From contig AE017199.1 in the NCBI GenBank assembly GCA_000008085.1, positions 270,001-302,000 on the forward strand: a stretch of DNA of 32,000 bases, in the 5' to 3' direction. Origin of the DNA: Nanoarchaeum equitans Kin4-M (GTDB lineage Archaea; Nanobdellota; Nanobdellia; Nanobdellales; Nanoarchaeaceae). Positions 8,291-15,478 of this stretch are shown here, piece by piece (the stretch's first letter is position 1; the number at the start of each line of letters is the position of its first letter). The position numbers and the translations under genes are program-made. The notes beneath the pieces are model-generated. The model searched no databases. It was not told the origin of the DNA and was given only the letters and a program-made list of their open reading frames with translations.

Positions 8291-8930
8291 GGGAATAGGA
8301 AAAGCAATAGCAGAGAGATTGTATGGATTAGGATATAAAACAATTGGCATTGCTAGATCTAATGTAAAAACCGATTGGATACATGTTACAGGGGATATAA
8401 CAAAAGAGGAAACATGGGACAAAGTATTAGAATTAATAGACCAACCCATAAGGGTTTTTGTTCACAATGCTGGAATACACGAAAAGAAGACATTCGAATA
8501 TAATAGTTTGGATGAAATAAAAAAAGTATATGAAGTTAATGTTTTTAGCGCGATATTAGGGTTGAAAAAATTATATAAGCATATCCCAAGGGATGAAAAC
8601 TCTTTGATAGTATTTATTTCATCTATAACCGCTTTTGCCGGTTCTAATAGTGGGGGTATAGGCTATGTTTCTTCTAAAGCAGCTTTGGTTGGATTGGCTA
8701 AACAATTATCTAAAGAATTAAAACCTATTAGGGTTAATGCTATTGCCCCTGGTTACACCGAAACGGATATGATAAAACATTGGGATGAAAAAAGAAAAGA
8801 AGAGACAATAAAAAGAATCCCCTTGGGAAGGTTAGGGAAACCTGAAGATATAGCAGATGTAGTAGAGATGTTAATAAAAGCCAAATACATTAATGGGCAA
8901 ACCATACATGTAAATGGGGGCTTATACTAG
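8262..8930 (+). CDS. short-chain dehydrogenase/reductase (FabG-like SDR)
   Basis: TGDSRGIGKAIA cofactor motif, NAG, and catalytic YVSSKAAL (YxxxK). Own TATA (attataaa, 8234-8241) ends 21 nt upstream, inside the preceding gene. Confidence 0.8.
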   Translation: MIAIVTGDSRGIGKAIAERLYGLGYKTIGIARSNVKTDWIHVTGDITKEETWDKVLELIDQPIRVFVHNAGIHEKKTFEYNSLDEIKKVYEVNVFSAILGLKKLYKHIPRDENSLIVFISSITAFAGSNSGGIGYVSSKAALVGLAKQLSKELKPIRVNAIAPGYTETDMIKHWDEKRKEETIKRIPLGRLGKPEDIADVVEMLIKAKYINGQTIHVNGGLY

Positions 8931-9015
8931 TGCGGCCGCGGGGATTCGAACCCCGGCAGGGACTACCCCATCGGGTCTTAAGCCCGACCCCTTTGGCCAG
9001 CTCGGGCACGGCCGC
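8931..9015 (-). tRNA. tRNA-Leu (anticodon UAA), class II with a long variable arm; no encoded CCA
   Basis: The reverse complement reads GCGGCCG-TG-CCCGAGCTGGCCAAAGGGG-TCGGG-CTTAAGA-CCCGA-TGGGGTAGTCCCTGC-CGGGG-TTCGAAT-CCCCG-CGGCCGC-A. It has a perfect 7-bp acceptor stem, a 5-bp anticodon stem, a 5-bp T stem, a TTCGAAT loop and discriminator A. Confidence 0.95.
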
Positions 9016-9035
9016 AGTAGTTAATACAAAATCAA

Positions 9036-9043
9036 TTTAAAAA
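9036..9043 (-). promoter_or_regulatory. TATA box for tRNA-Leu (tttttaaa on the minus strand)
   Basis: Ends exactly 21 nt upstream of tRNA position G1 (9015), the same spacing as TATA-to-ATG at protein genes. It abuts the ndk stop codon. Confidence 0.65.
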
Positions 9044-9044
9044 T

Positions 9045-9572
9045 TTAGTAGCCGAAGACAATTTTTAATTCCCTCTTAGCATTTTCTTCGCTATCTGAGG
9101 CATGGACCACATTATAAACAGCTCTCCCTTCTAAGTTTGCAACCTCAATAGAATCACTAGAGAAATCCCCTCTAATGGTGCCAGGCAAAGCTTTTAATGG
9201 GTCTGTATCTCCAATTAAAGTTCTAACCTTCTCTATAGCTTTGTCTCCTTTAATTCTAATAGCTACGACCTTTCCTGATAATATATATTCTATTAATGCC
9301 TCTCTAACTTTTTTGCCTATCTCTATTGGGTCTCTAGTTTTATATACTTGTTCTATGTCCAAGCCTTTTTCTTCAAATATTTTTATTAGCTTGTTACCCA
9401 CTTTTTCATACCAACTTTCGGGGAAAACATAAAATTGTTCTGCCATTTCTCTAGTGAATTGTAACATCTTAATATCGGTTATTTCTAAACCTGCATTTTC
9501 TATTCTTTCTATTATTTTACCTATAAGTTTTCTTTTTACCCCGTCAGGCTTTATCATAAGAAGGGTTTCCAT
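9045..9572 (-). CDS. ndk: nucleoside diphosphate kinase (with an internal insertion of about 30 aa)
   Basis: LLMIKPDGV N-terminus, GTIRGDF, and the NVVHASDS active-site histidine motif. No canonical TATA lies at -21 of ATG 9572, so the exact start and 5' UTR are uncertain. Confidence 0.85.
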   Translation of the reverse strand: METLLMIKPDGVKRKLIGKIIERIENAGLEITDIKMLQFTREMAEQFYVFPESWYEKVGNKLIKIFEEKGLDIEQVYKTRDPIEIGKKVREALIEYILSGKVVAIRIKGDKAIEKVRTLIGDTDPLKALPGTIRGDFSSDSIEVANLEGRAVYNVVHASDSEENAKRELKIVFGY

Positions 9573-9648
9573 TGGGATAGCAAAATATTCAAATTAGAGG
9601 TTTGCTTCATTATTAGACAATTTTTAAATATTACTCTTTAGTAGTATA

Positions 9649-10062
9649 ATGGACTTAGAAACGAATAAAAGAAAACTAAATTTCCTAATTAGAAACCCCA
9701 TAAAAGCAATGTCCAAACTAGGAGAAGTTCGTGCTTTTTTATCTAAGGACAAACTTGTTATATACAATAATTTTTTCAAAACTGGCAAAGGATTCCTTTA
9801 CTATTTAACTCCAAGTGAAGAAGAGTTGTATGGAGTAATTAAGAAAAAAATGAAATATCTTGAGGTACCGGTTGTACCACCCTTTGCCCGAGAGATTGGA
9901 TATTATGGGGAATGCCGAGACATGGGTTTTGGTTATTATTGTAAACCTTACTCCTTTTTATTGCTATATGGAAAATACGAAAACCCTCTTGTTGGTCGTT
10001 TGATGGAATTGTATATCAAAACCAATATAGAGTATTTAAAAGACTATTTTAATCTATTATAA
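9649..10062 (+). CDS. hypothetical protein (137 aa)
   Basis: ORF with TATA ttttaaat (9622-9629) ending 20 nt upstream. I recognise no family. Confidence 0.5.
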   Translation: MDLETNKRKLNFLIRNPIKAMSKLGEVRAFLSKDKLVIYNNFFKTGKGFLYYLTPSEEELYGVIKKKMKYLEVPVVPPFAREIGYYGECRDMGFGYYCKPYSFLLLYGKYENPLVGRLMELYIKTNIEYLKDYFNLL

Positions 10063-11498
10063 TTTAGTTCAAACAAATTGTTTTCCAACAAAGCGGTCAT
10101 TGCCCTTTGTATAGGTAAAGCTGTAGCATATATTGTATTAACATAGCCTTTCGAGTATTTTATGTTTAACCTTCTGGCTTGCCATTCCTCTACAGTTCCA
10201 AAGGAATGTAATTCCCTATATTTCTCTTGGGCTGGGTAATAGACTTCTAAATCCCATTGCATTGTAACTTTTTTATCCATATCTCCAGAGGAATTAAATA
10301 CTATCCTATAAGGGAGGCCTAACTTTTTAACTATTGTTTCAGCATTGGAAACTAAGAAATTGTATATTTCTAATAGTTGTTCTTTAGTTGTGAAAGCGTA
10401 TTGTTCTATTTTTTCAAATTGGTGTACTCTAAATATGCCTTTTGTATCTTTTCCATGACTTCCCGCTTCTTTTCTAAAAGCAGTAGTAAAGCCATATACT
10501 ATTAAAGGCAACTCGTTATCATTAAAATAATAATCTTTGTATAAACCAGCAATTGGATGTTCAGCGGTAGGGTTTAGATATAGATCTTCGCCCTCTATTT
10601 TGTATAATGTATCTTCAAAAGCTGTAAAATATGCTGCAGCTTTTTCTACCCAACCCCTAACTAAATAAGGTAGCTTCATTATTTTGTAATTATATTTTCC
10701 TTCAGTCCTACTTTTTAAGGTTTCTAAAACAAACTTAATTAGTTTTAATTCCATAAACAAACCTTTTTCAAATTCGACATAAAATCTAGAGCCAGCTATC
10801 TTTGAGCCTAATTCTTGGTCGGCAATATTTAGCTCTTTAGTTAAATCATAATGATGTTTAGCTTTGTCTATTTTTATATATAATACTAACCCTTCTTTGT
10901 TTAACAAATCAAAGTCTATTGCCTCATCGGGATTAACAAAATATTCAGGATTAGTACTTCTAAGAAAATCTATTAATTCTTTGTATGTTAGGCTATCCTT
11001 TATATACCTAGGATCTAATTCCAAAATATTAATCGGTTTTCTTTGAGTTTCTTGTTTGAATTTTTCTACATCCAAAACTTTCGCTACTCCCCAATATTTT
11101 AATGGTTTGTTATACCTTTCGTCTTCTCCAATGGGGACATCTTCTCTAATATAATTGGGCATCCTCCATAGAATATCGTTTCTCTTACTTTCTATTTCCT
11201 TCAATTGTTTTTCCAAAATTTCTATCTCTTTTTTTAAGGATTTGGCTAAAGTTATCAGATATTCTTTATCATCTTTAAGCTCTATTTTTGTATTGCAATT
11301 GTGCTCTAATTTGCCTGTAGCGATGGCCTTAGAGATTGCATTGTGCAAACATCTTAGATTATCCAATTCTTTTTTCAAAGATCGCCACAAATTATCATAA
11401 GCCAAAAATTCGTCAACTATACTAGTATCCATGAATCTTTTCTTTAACATTTCTTTGTATTTCTCTGGGTATTTACGCAAAAATTCTACATCAATCAT
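10044..11498 (-). CDS. serS: seryl-tRNA synthetase (with a large insertion after the N-terminal coiled-coil arm)
   Basis: N-terminus MIDVEFLRKYPEKYKEML. Class II motif 2-like FRKEAGSHGKDTKGIFRVHQFEKIEQ. Motif 3 region near the C-terminus. Confidence 0.9.
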   Translation of the reverse strand: MIDVEFLRKYPEKYKEMLKKRFMDTSIVDEFLAYDNLWRSLKKELDNLRCLHNAISKAIATGKLEHNCNTKIELKDDKEYLITLAKSLKKEIEILEKQLKEIESKRNDILWRMPNYIREDVPIGEDERYNKPLKYWGVAKVLDVEKFKQETQRKPINILELDPRYIKDSLTYKELIDFLRSTNPEYFVNPDEAIDFDLLNKEGLVLYIKIDKAKHHYDLTKELNIADQELGSKIAGSRFYVEFEKGLFMELKLIKFVLETLKSRTEGKYNYKIMKLPYLVRGWVEKAAAYFTAFEDTLYKIEGEDLYLNPTAEHPIAGLYKDYYFNDNELPLIVYGFTTAFRKEAGSHGKDTKGIFRVHQFEKIEQYAFTTKEQLLEIYNFLVSNAETIVKKLGLPYRIVFNSSGDMDKKVTMQWDLEVYYPAQEKYRELHSFGTVEEWQARRLNIKYSKGYVNTIYATALPIQRAMTALLENNLFELNYNRLK

Positions 11499-11525
11499 AT
11501 AAATAGAACATACTATAATTTAATA

Positions 11526-11954
11526 ATGGACATAATGAACAAACAAGCCATTAGGGATTTATTTAAAAGGTTGGAAAAGGAGTATGGATTAACAGAGCAA
11601 GAGAGGTTTATGAACTATTATTATTTAAGAGGGAAAAAGAAAATATTTATAATTAATAAACCAATCGAAATAGAGAAAAAAGAAAGAGAGGGCATACATA
11701 TAATTAGTGAAGAGCCATTTGGCTTAAGGCTAACAATTGAAGGCTCTCAAATGTTTGGGCCTTTCCTTACAAAAAAAGTAATAGAATTAAATAGGGAACA
11801 ATTTTTGCAATATTTGAGAGGTAAAGACTTAGAAATCGAAACTCCCTATAAAAAGGAATTCGTCGTTTTGAAATATAATAACATATTTTTAGGAAGTGGG
11901 TTAGCTTATCCTAATAAGATTATAAATTATTTACCCAAAGCTAGAAGGATATGA
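11526..11954 (+). CDS. PUA-like RNA-binding protein (Nip7-like or RsmF C-terminal-domain-like)
   Basis: The C-terminus LQYLRGKDLEIE...FVVLKYNNIFLGSGLAYPNKIINYLPKARRI resembles the xxYLRGxxL...G.G......KNxLPKxxR pattern of pre-PUA/PUA modules. TATA atataaat (11497-11504) ends 21 nt upstream. Confidence 0.45.
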   Translation: MDIMNKQAIRDLFKRLEKEYGLTEQERFMNYYYLRGKKKIFIINKPIEIEKKEREGIHIISEEPFGLRLTIEGSQMFGPFLTKKVIELNREQFLQYLRGKDLEIETPYKKEFVVLKYNNIFLGSGLAYPNKIINYLPKARRI

Positions 11955-12436
11955 GGGCTTTCTATAGTATAGCGCTATTCTCTATATTAACTTTGATATC
12001 CCTTTTGATAGCCCATGTTCTAATAACAAAAACCAACCCAAAATCTGTTGAAAAGGCCGAAAAGTATATACCTTTGCAAAAACCAGATTTAGAAAAGAAA
12101 AAAGGTTATATAGATGTTTGTTCTCTAAGAAAAGAAAATATGGTTGCTGCAATATTAAGATATGGCAGTGCTGCTCCAACTTTGTGTTATAATTGCTATA
12201 AAAATAGGGACGAATGTTTAAGGTGGTTTTTAGAATTTAAATCCAAATTTAATGGAACAATACTTAATACTGAAGACAAATGCAAATCAGAGAAAAACTA
12301 TTATTATAGGTTAGCTTGTTATCTAATTAACGATGTGAGCCCTATAAAGATTTATTGCAAATACATTAAAGAAGATGTAAAATTTGCAAATTTTGTTAGG
12401 GATTATTTTGACTTGTATTCGTTAGATTGCCCTTAA
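11951..12436 (+). CDS. hypothetical secreted or membrane-anchored Cys-rich protein
   Basis: N-terminal hydrophobic segment AFYSIALFSILTLISLLIAHVLI and 8 cysteines. ATGA overlap with the upstream gene. Confidence 0.5.
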   Translation: MRAFYSIALFSILTLISLLIAHVLITKTNPKSVEKAEKYIPLQKPDLEKKKGYIDVCSLRKENMVAAILRYGSAAPTLCYNCYKNRDECLRWFLEFKSKFNGTILNTEDKCKSEKNYYYRLACYLINDVSPIKIYCKYIKEDVKFANFVRDYFDLYSLDCP

Positions 12437-12889
12437 AATTAGATCGTTTATTTTTTCTCCTCTATAACCCAAAGCACCTCCTTCGTTAAAATGTTTTTTT
12501 ATTCCTTTTTTTCCATACCCCTTAGATGGGGGCCTTAGCCTAAAGAATGGTTTTATTCCCAATTCTTTTAAAGTAACTTTTCCCTCGATTAATGCTTTGG
12601 CCAATTCTTCAAATGAATTAAAACCTTTTTCTTTTATATATTCTAAAGTAAGTTTTTTCCTCCTACTAATTCTACCCCTTTTCTTTAACAATTCTGCTAG
12701 GGTTTTTTCATCAATTTCGCCCCATGTAATATAGTCTTTGGCTTTTTGTATCATCCCTTCTATAGATTCGGTTTTTGGCATAATTGATAAATAGTTCTTC
12801 CTATGTACTCTCAATAGTTTTAGAGTATCTTCTATGTCTTTTCTAACATCTACCCTACCCCTAACTCTAAATATGGCATATAAGGCCAT
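12422..12889 (-). CDS. rpl30p: ribosomal protein uL30 (L30P/L7 type)
   Basis: ALYAIFRVRGRVDVRKDIEDTLKLLRVHRKNYLSIMPKT...GEIDEKTLAELLKKRGR matches the uL30 family. TATA ttttaaat (12917..12910, minus strand) ends 21 nt upstream of the ATG. Confidence 0.9.
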   Translation of the reverse strand: MALYAIFRVRGRVDVRKDIEDTLKLLRVHRKNYLSIMPKTESIEGMIQKAKDYITWGEIDEKTLAELLKKRGRISRRKKLTLEYIKEKGFNSFEELAKALIEGKVTLKELGIKPFFRLRPPSKGYGKKGIKKHFNEGGALGYRGEKINDLILRAI

Positions 12890-12913
12890 TGGCTTTCCAT
12901 TATTTCATAATTT

Positions 12914-12967
12914 AAAAATCAGTGTGTGGATTTTTCTTCATTATTCAGAGGGTGTTCACTTCATCAC
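12914..12967 (-). ncRNA. box C/D sRNA (2'-O-methylation guide)
   Basis: Minus strand reads GTGATGA (12967-12961), 12-nt guide AGTGAACACCCT, D' CTGA (12948-12945), ATA, C' ATGAAGA (12941-12935), 12-nt guide AAAATCCACACA, D CTGA (12922-12919), then T5. TATA ctttaaat (12995..12988) ends 21 nt upstream of the C-box G. Confidence 0.8.
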
Positions 12968-12973
12968 CAAAGG

Positions 12974-12995
12974 CTTTAAATAGAATAATTTAAAG
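12974..12995. promoter_or_regulatory. inverted pair of identical TATA boxes (ctttaaat-agaata-atttaaag) driving the PRC-barrel gene (+) and the C/D sRNA (-)
   Basis: 12974-12981 ends 21 nt before ATG 13002. The reverse complement of 12988-12995 ends 21 nt before sRNA position 12967. Confidence 0.6.
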
Positions 12996-13001
12996 ATTGC
13001 T

Positions 13002-13250
13002 ATGAGAACACCAGCGAGAGAGTATTTTGGTAAGCTCGTTATTAGCCAAACAGGAAAAAAATTTGGAATAGTGAGCGATTTGGTTTTTGACAAGAAAACT
13101 GGTGAAATAGTATTTTTAGTAATAAAAGAACCAACCCCCCATTTGGAAAAATATAATCTAGAAAAAGACATTGATGGGTCTTATTTAATACCATTTAGCG
13201 CTGTAAGATCAATAGGAGATTTCGTTGTTATAGATGAGAGCGAATTATAA
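13002..13250 (+). CDS. PRC-barrel domain protein
   Basis: GKLVISQTGKKFGIVSDLVFDKKTGEIVFLVI...YLIPFSAVRSIGDFVVIDE matches the PRC-barrel pattern. Confidence 0.75.
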   Translation: MRTPAREYFGKLVISQTGKKFGIVSDLVFDKKTGEIVFLVIKEPTPHLEKYNLEKDIDGSYLIPFSAVRSIGDFVVIDESEL

Positions 13251-13625
13251 ATCTGGATAATTGGTATATAATTTGCCTCCTCTCAATTCCATATAGAAAC
13301 CGCCTTTTTTGATTATTTCTCTTTTTAAGTCTTTGTCTAAAGTTAATATAACAAAATCTTTAGATAGATCTTTCAAAATTTCGTCAGTTTTCCCATCTAA
13401 GTTTAATATTTGGGCATTTATTATTTTTAGATATTGCAAAGCCAATTTTGCGTTCCTTCTATATCGGCCCTTCCTTTTAGGATCATTAGCAATAGCTTTT
13501 AGCTCATTTAAGATAGATTTTGTTACATAGTATTCGGCTTTGTATTTTTTGTTAATTAAATCTATAATGTCTATACCGTAATTAAATATAGCCATAATAG
13601 CGTTTGTGTCTAATATTATGCGCAT
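13245..13625 (-). CDS. PIN-domain nuclease, Fcf1/Utp24-like
   Basis: MRIILDTNAIM..., ...SILNELKAI..., ...FVILTLDKDLKREI. The track start 13646 is TTG. ATG 13625 is 21 nt from TATA cttttaat (13654..13647). Confidence 0.75.
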   Translation of the reverse strand: MRIILDTNAIMAIFNYGIDIIDLINKKYKAEYYVTKSILNELKAIANDPKRKGRYRRNAKLALQYLKIINAQILNLDGKTDEILKDLSKDFVILTLDKDLKREIIKKGGFYMELRGGKLYTNYPDL

Positions 13626-13629
13626 ACCA

Positions 13630-13654
13630 TTTTTATTTTCTACCAAATTAAAAG
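13630..13654. promoter_or_regulatory. two crossed TATA boxes in the 32-bp PIN/dcd divergent intergenic region
   Basis: tttttatt (13630-13637) ends 21 nt before dcd ATG 13658. cttttaat (reverse complement of 13647-13654) ends 21 nt before PIN ATG 13625. Confidence 0.55.
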
Positions 13655-13657
13655 CCT

Positions 13658-14254
13658 ATGCTATTAAATGATAGAGAAATTAAAGAGCTAATAGACAAAA
13701 AAGAGATAATTATTGAGCCTTTTTCCTATGAACAAATCCAACCAGCATCGATAGATCTAAGGCTAGGCAATAGATTTAGAATTTTCAGAAAAGGCGAAAT
13801 AGAGGTAATTGATCCCAAGGATTTTAAGGATGAACTAATAAAGATAGAACAAGATGAAAATAAAATAATTGAAAAATACAAATATACCGATGTAATTATT
13901 ACAGAGAACCCTTTCATTATTTATCCAGGGGATTTTGTTTTAGCCTCTATATATGAATATATAAAATTGCCAAGATATATAGCAGCACAATTGCATGGCA
14001 AATCCTCTATAGCTAGGTTAGGTTTAATTATACATACATCTGCAGGTTGGATAGACCCTGGTTATGAGGGCCATCTAACATTAGAAATATTTAATACTAA
14101 CAATGTGCCAATTAAGCTTTACCCTAAAATGAAAATAGCACAATTGCAGCTATTTAGAATAAATCCTGTAGAGAGAGACTATAAAGAAAAAGGAGGTAAA
14201 TACTATAAAGAAAAAGGTGCTACCTCTAGTGAGATATGGAAAGACTTTATATAG
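13658..14254 (+). CDS. dcd: dCTP deaminase (possibly the bifunctional dCTP deaminase/dUTPase type)
   Basis: MLLNDREIKELI...IEPFSYEQIQPASIDLRLG, GKSSIARLGLIIHTSAGWIDPGYEGHLTLEIFN, and IAQLQLF. Confidence 0.9.
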   Translation: MLLNDREIKELIDKKEIIIEPFSYEQIQPASIDLRLGNRFRIFRKGEIEVIDPKDFKDELIKIEQDENKIIEKYKYTDVIITENPFIIYPGDFVLASIYEYIKLPRYIAAQLHGKSSIARLGLIIHTSAGWIDPGYEGHLTLEIFNTNNVPIKLYPKMKIAQLQLFRINPVERDYKEKGGKYYKEKGATSSEIWKDFI

Positions 14255-15017
14255 GGAAACTTAAATAGAATAAAGCTTTTTCCCTAAAAGGCTCAAATTT
14301 TACCTTTATTTTTAATGTTTTTTCTAAATATGCTTTTACATCATCCATGGTTCCAATATAATCGATTAAACCACATTTTTTAGCTTCTATTCCTAAAAAT
14401 ATGGTGCTTTCCTTTACTTTAGATAAGCATTCCTTTTTTATATCTCTATGCTCTAATACATCGGTTAAAAAGAAATTATATAATTTGTCTGCCAATTCAT
14501 TATAATATTGCTTAGTATAATTATCTAAAGGCAACAAAGGATTGCTAAACTCTTTGTATTTCCCTTTAGAGAAAGAATAATATTTTACTCCTAATTTAGA
14601 TAACAAACCGCTTAGGTCTATTTTGCCTATTAATACTCCAACGCTCCCAACGAAGCTTAATTCATTAGCAAATATTTTATTTGTATGAGTAGCAATCCAA
14701 TAAGAAGCAGAAGTGCCATATTGTGCAATATAAGAAATTTTAGTTTTGTTTATTCTATCTAAATATTTGATAATTCTATATGTTGGTTCTGGAGCGCCCC
14801 CAGGAGAGTCTATATATAAAACAATAGCTTTGTAGTCCTTAGCTTCTTTTAAAAAATCTATAACCTTTTCAGCGAAATCGCTCGTTATTGGCTTGTCTAT
14901 GTATATAACTGCAACATTCCCTTTAGTTAAAATGGAATATATATGGGAAAACAAGATTATCCCAACTAAAAATAAAATCCAAGAATTTCTTTTTATTATA
15001 TCTTTTATATCATTCAT
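14247..15017 (-). CDS. sppA: signal peptide peptidase SppA-like (S49 family) with an N-terminal TM anchor
   Basis: IVLYIDSPGGAPEP, GTSASYWIA, and GSVGV motifs with an N-terminal TM helix. A 4-nt overlap with the rpl15 stop suggests co-transcription. Confidence 0.75.
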   Translation of the reverse strand: MNDIKDIIKRNSWILFLVGIILFSHIYSILTKGNVAVIYIDKPITSDFAEKVIDFLKEAKDYKAIVLYIDSPGGAPEPTYRIIKYLDRINKTKISYIAQYGTSASYWIATHTNKIFANELSFVGSVGVLIGKIDLSGLLSKLGVKYYSFSKGKYKEFSNPLLPLDNYTKQYYNELADKLYNFFLTDVLEHRDIKKECLSKVKESTIFLGIEAKKCGLIDYIGTMDDVKAYLEKTLKIKVKFEPFREKALFYLSFPI

Positions 15018-15430
15018 TCTATTTCAATTCCAAGGGATTGTAAGTTCTCCTTTGTTGTTTCTGCAATATATTTGGCTTTTACAACTATTGGATATGGCTT
15101 AGTTAGCCTTCCTATTAATTTGTTATAGCCCAATTTTTCTAAATCTATTATATATTTGTCCCCTTCTTTAGTTACTAAACCCTTTTTGTATAGGTTATCT
15201 AGATTTTCAACAATAGTTCTTATATTTATAGCTTTAATTTCCTTAGTTGTAGGGTTATTAAATCCTTTTGCGGGTATATAAATGGATTTCTTATGGTCTT
15301 TCATTTTACCATAACCAGCTTTTCCCCTTCCTCCTCTAATACCGGCATTTCTATTTCTATCATTGTAACCCCTTCTAGCATGTCTTTCCCCTTTATATTT
15401 ATGGTATTTTTTCCTTCTCCTAACTACCAT
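15014..15430 (-). CDS. rpl15p: ribosomal protein uL15
   Basis: Basic Gly-rich N-terminus RRRKKYHKYKGERHARRGYNDRNRNAGIRGGRGKAGYGK and a uL15-type C-terminal domain. Confidence 0.9.
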   Translation of the reverse strand: MVVRRRKKYHKYKGERHARRGYNDRNRNAGIRGGRGKAGYGKMKDHKKSIYIPAKGFNNPTTKEIKAINIRTIVENLDNLYKKGLVTKEGDKYIIDLEKLGYNKLIGRLTKPYPIVVKAKYIAETTKENLQSLGIEIE

Positions 15431-15450
15431 TACGCATAAAAGCGAAACTT

Positions 15451-15458
15451 ATTAAAAA
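15451..15458. promoter_or_regulatory. single shared bidirectional TATA (attaaaaa / tttttaat) for rpl15 (-) and the reverse gyrase half (+)
   Basis: Exactly 21 nt from ATG 15430 on one side and 21 nt from ATG 15479 on the other. The start-to-start distance is 49 bp. Confidence 0.65.
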
Positions 15459-15478
15459 ATGTTTATTGATAGGCCTAA

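Noticed and set aside
12956-13171. 71-aa minus-strand ORF spanning the PRC-barrel gene and the intergenic region.
   Set aside because: Its 3' part is the C-box region of the C/D sRNA. The rest is antisense to a well-supported PRC-barrel CDS.
13626-13646. N-terminal extensions given by the ORF track: TTG starts at ABCE1 (2223-2231), PIN (13626-13646) and the TrmI-like gene (27611-27631), and an upstream ATG extension at 5437-5553.
   Set aside because: In each case a downstream ATG sits exactly 21 nt from a TATA box, and the extension would overlap the neighbouring promoter or gene.
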